From contig MHWW01000013.1 of NCBI GenBank assembly GCA_001824275.1, positions 1 through 42,356 of the forward strand: DNA of 42,356 nucleotides, in the 5' to 3' direction. Shown here one piece after another: positions 41,249-42,356 of this stretch (position 1 is its first letter; each line of letters begins with the position of its first letter). This DNA comes from Candidatus Zambryskibacteria bacterium RIFOXYC1_FULL_39_10 (lineage in GTDB: Bacteria > Patescibacteriota > Minisyncoccia > Phycocordibacterales > WO2-35-19). A model generated the notes under the pieces. That model saw nothing but the letters and a program-made list of their open reading frames with translations. It had not been told where the DNA came from and searched no databases. A program made the position numbers and the translations under genes.

Positions 41249-41282
41249 CTCTTGACTTTTGTATATGTTAATTGCTTGATAT

Positions 41283-42290
41283 ATGTATCTGTTGAACACA
41301 ATGGAACAAGATAGAGCAAAAAATAAAAAGCGGCTTTGGGCGGCAATAACAGGATTTGTTATCGCCGTTTTAGCTGTGTTTACGTATCTCATATTCTTCC
41401 AGTCGGCACGATCGGGAATGGAGACGGAAAGATTTGTTGTCCCCATAAACTCGGACCAATCGATTGCTTCCACACTTGAAGAACAAGATTTTATAAAAAC
41501 TTCTATCGGTTTTAGTATCGCCAACCTGCTTAGAGGTGTAGGAACAGTTGAGTCGGGAGGTTACAAAATTTCCAAATCAATGACAGCTTGGCAAATTGCC
41601 GGAGTTCTTGCTAAAGAGCCATATATGAAATGGGTTGTCATTCCAGAAGGTTTAAGGAAAGAAGAAATTGCCGGCTTGCTTACTCAAACTCTCGGCTGGT
41701 CCGATGAAGAAAAAAATAAATGGATCAATACTTACACTGTCATGGATTTTGATCACACCGAGGGTGTGTATTTCCCCGATACATATCTCATTCCTGTCGA
41801 CGAAGCGCCTTTGGATGTTGCTAAGAGACTAAGGGCCAAGTTTGAAGAAAAGTTTGCGCCATATGCCAAAGAGACCGTAACAGAAAATATCAAATGGACC
41901 ACACTTTTGAAAGTTGCTTCTATTGTCCAAAGGGAAGCAAATGGAAAAGAGGATATGCCTTTGGTATCGGGAATTATTTGGAACAGATTACTCAAAAATA
42001 TGAAGCTTGAAGTTGATGCAACACTTCAATATGCCAGAGGTGATACCAAAGACGGTTGGTGGGCTCCAATTACGATAGCCGAAAAACAAATCGACTCGCC
42101 TTACAATACTTATAAAAATACCGGCTTACCTCCTCATCCCATTTCAAATCCCGGTCTTTCTGCTATAGAAGCCGCTTTGCACCCGACAAAGACGACCTGT
42201 TTGTATTATTTACACGACAGCTCCGGGGAAATTCATTGTTCCGAAAATTATGAAGGGCATAAAGATAATATAGAAAAATACTTGAAGTAG
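41283..42290 (+). CDS. mltG: endolytic transglycosylase MltG (YceG)
   Basis: TM, IPEG, EGVYFPDTY, ASIVQRE, L.VDAT, SPYNTY..GLPP.PI.NPG. Start may be 41301. Confidence 0.93.
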   Translation: MYLLNTMEQDRAKNKKRLWAAITGFVIAVLAVFTYLIFFQSARSGMETERFVVPINSDQSIASTLEEQDFIKTSIGFSIANLLRGVGTVESGGYKISKSMTAWQIAGVLAKEPYMKWVVIPEGLRKEEIAGLLTQTLGWSDEEKNKWINTYTVMDFDHTEGVYFPDTYLIPVDEAPLDVAKRLRAKFEEKFAPYAKETVTENIKWTTLLKVASIVQREANGKEDMPLVSGIIWNRLLKNMKLEVDATLQYARGDTKDGWWAPITIAEKQIDSPYNTYKNTGLPPHPISNPGLSAIEAALHPTKTTCLYYLHDSSGEIHCSENYEGHKDNIEKYLK

Positions 42291-42356
42291 CCCAAAAAAG
42301 TAATCGTAACTATCCACACCCCTCACCACGCTTCATGATATAATGTCAAGGTGGAA

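Noticed and set aside
1-42356. CRISPR array or cas genes; alternative genetic code
   Set aside because: No regularly spaced repeat-spacer series was seen. Conserved genes are full length under code 11, and TGA acts as a stop.

Overview
This looks like a Patescibacteria (CPR, Parcubacteria-like) chromosome segment using standard code 11. The taxon is inferred from gene style, AT-rich SD-poor starts and in-gene palindromic inserts, not from a database search. The host backbone (1-10270 and 41250-42356) carries dprA, serS, an FtsQ-like gene, a DUF559 endonuclease, a membrane-anchored Clp ATPase, dus and mltG. It also has dense REP-like palindromes, three GG-bounded mini-elements inserted in frame in serS and dus, and two promoter-to-terminator structured RNA candidates. 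About 30.6 kb of accessory DNA lies between two complete but diverged tRNA-Asn(GUU) genes, each split at anticodon position 35/36 by an ORF-less group I intron. This region holds two parallel modules: large serine recombinase <- small ORF <- regulator-like gene | conserved ~160-nt structured RNA -> array of membrane, secreted or nuclease cargo genes >< small-terminase-like gene. A defence block follows (PD-(D/E)xK-like protein, DUF4268, TM-HerA, HsdM-S fusion, HsdR). The best candidate for an undescribed system is this satellite-like module: its covarying RNA motif occurs twice, both recombinase leaders are pseudoknotted, and the att site appears to lie inside the recombinase 3' end. The second candidate is a DUF559 + structured RNA cassette bracketed by inverted REP-like repeats. 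All family calls are from motif recognition by eye.
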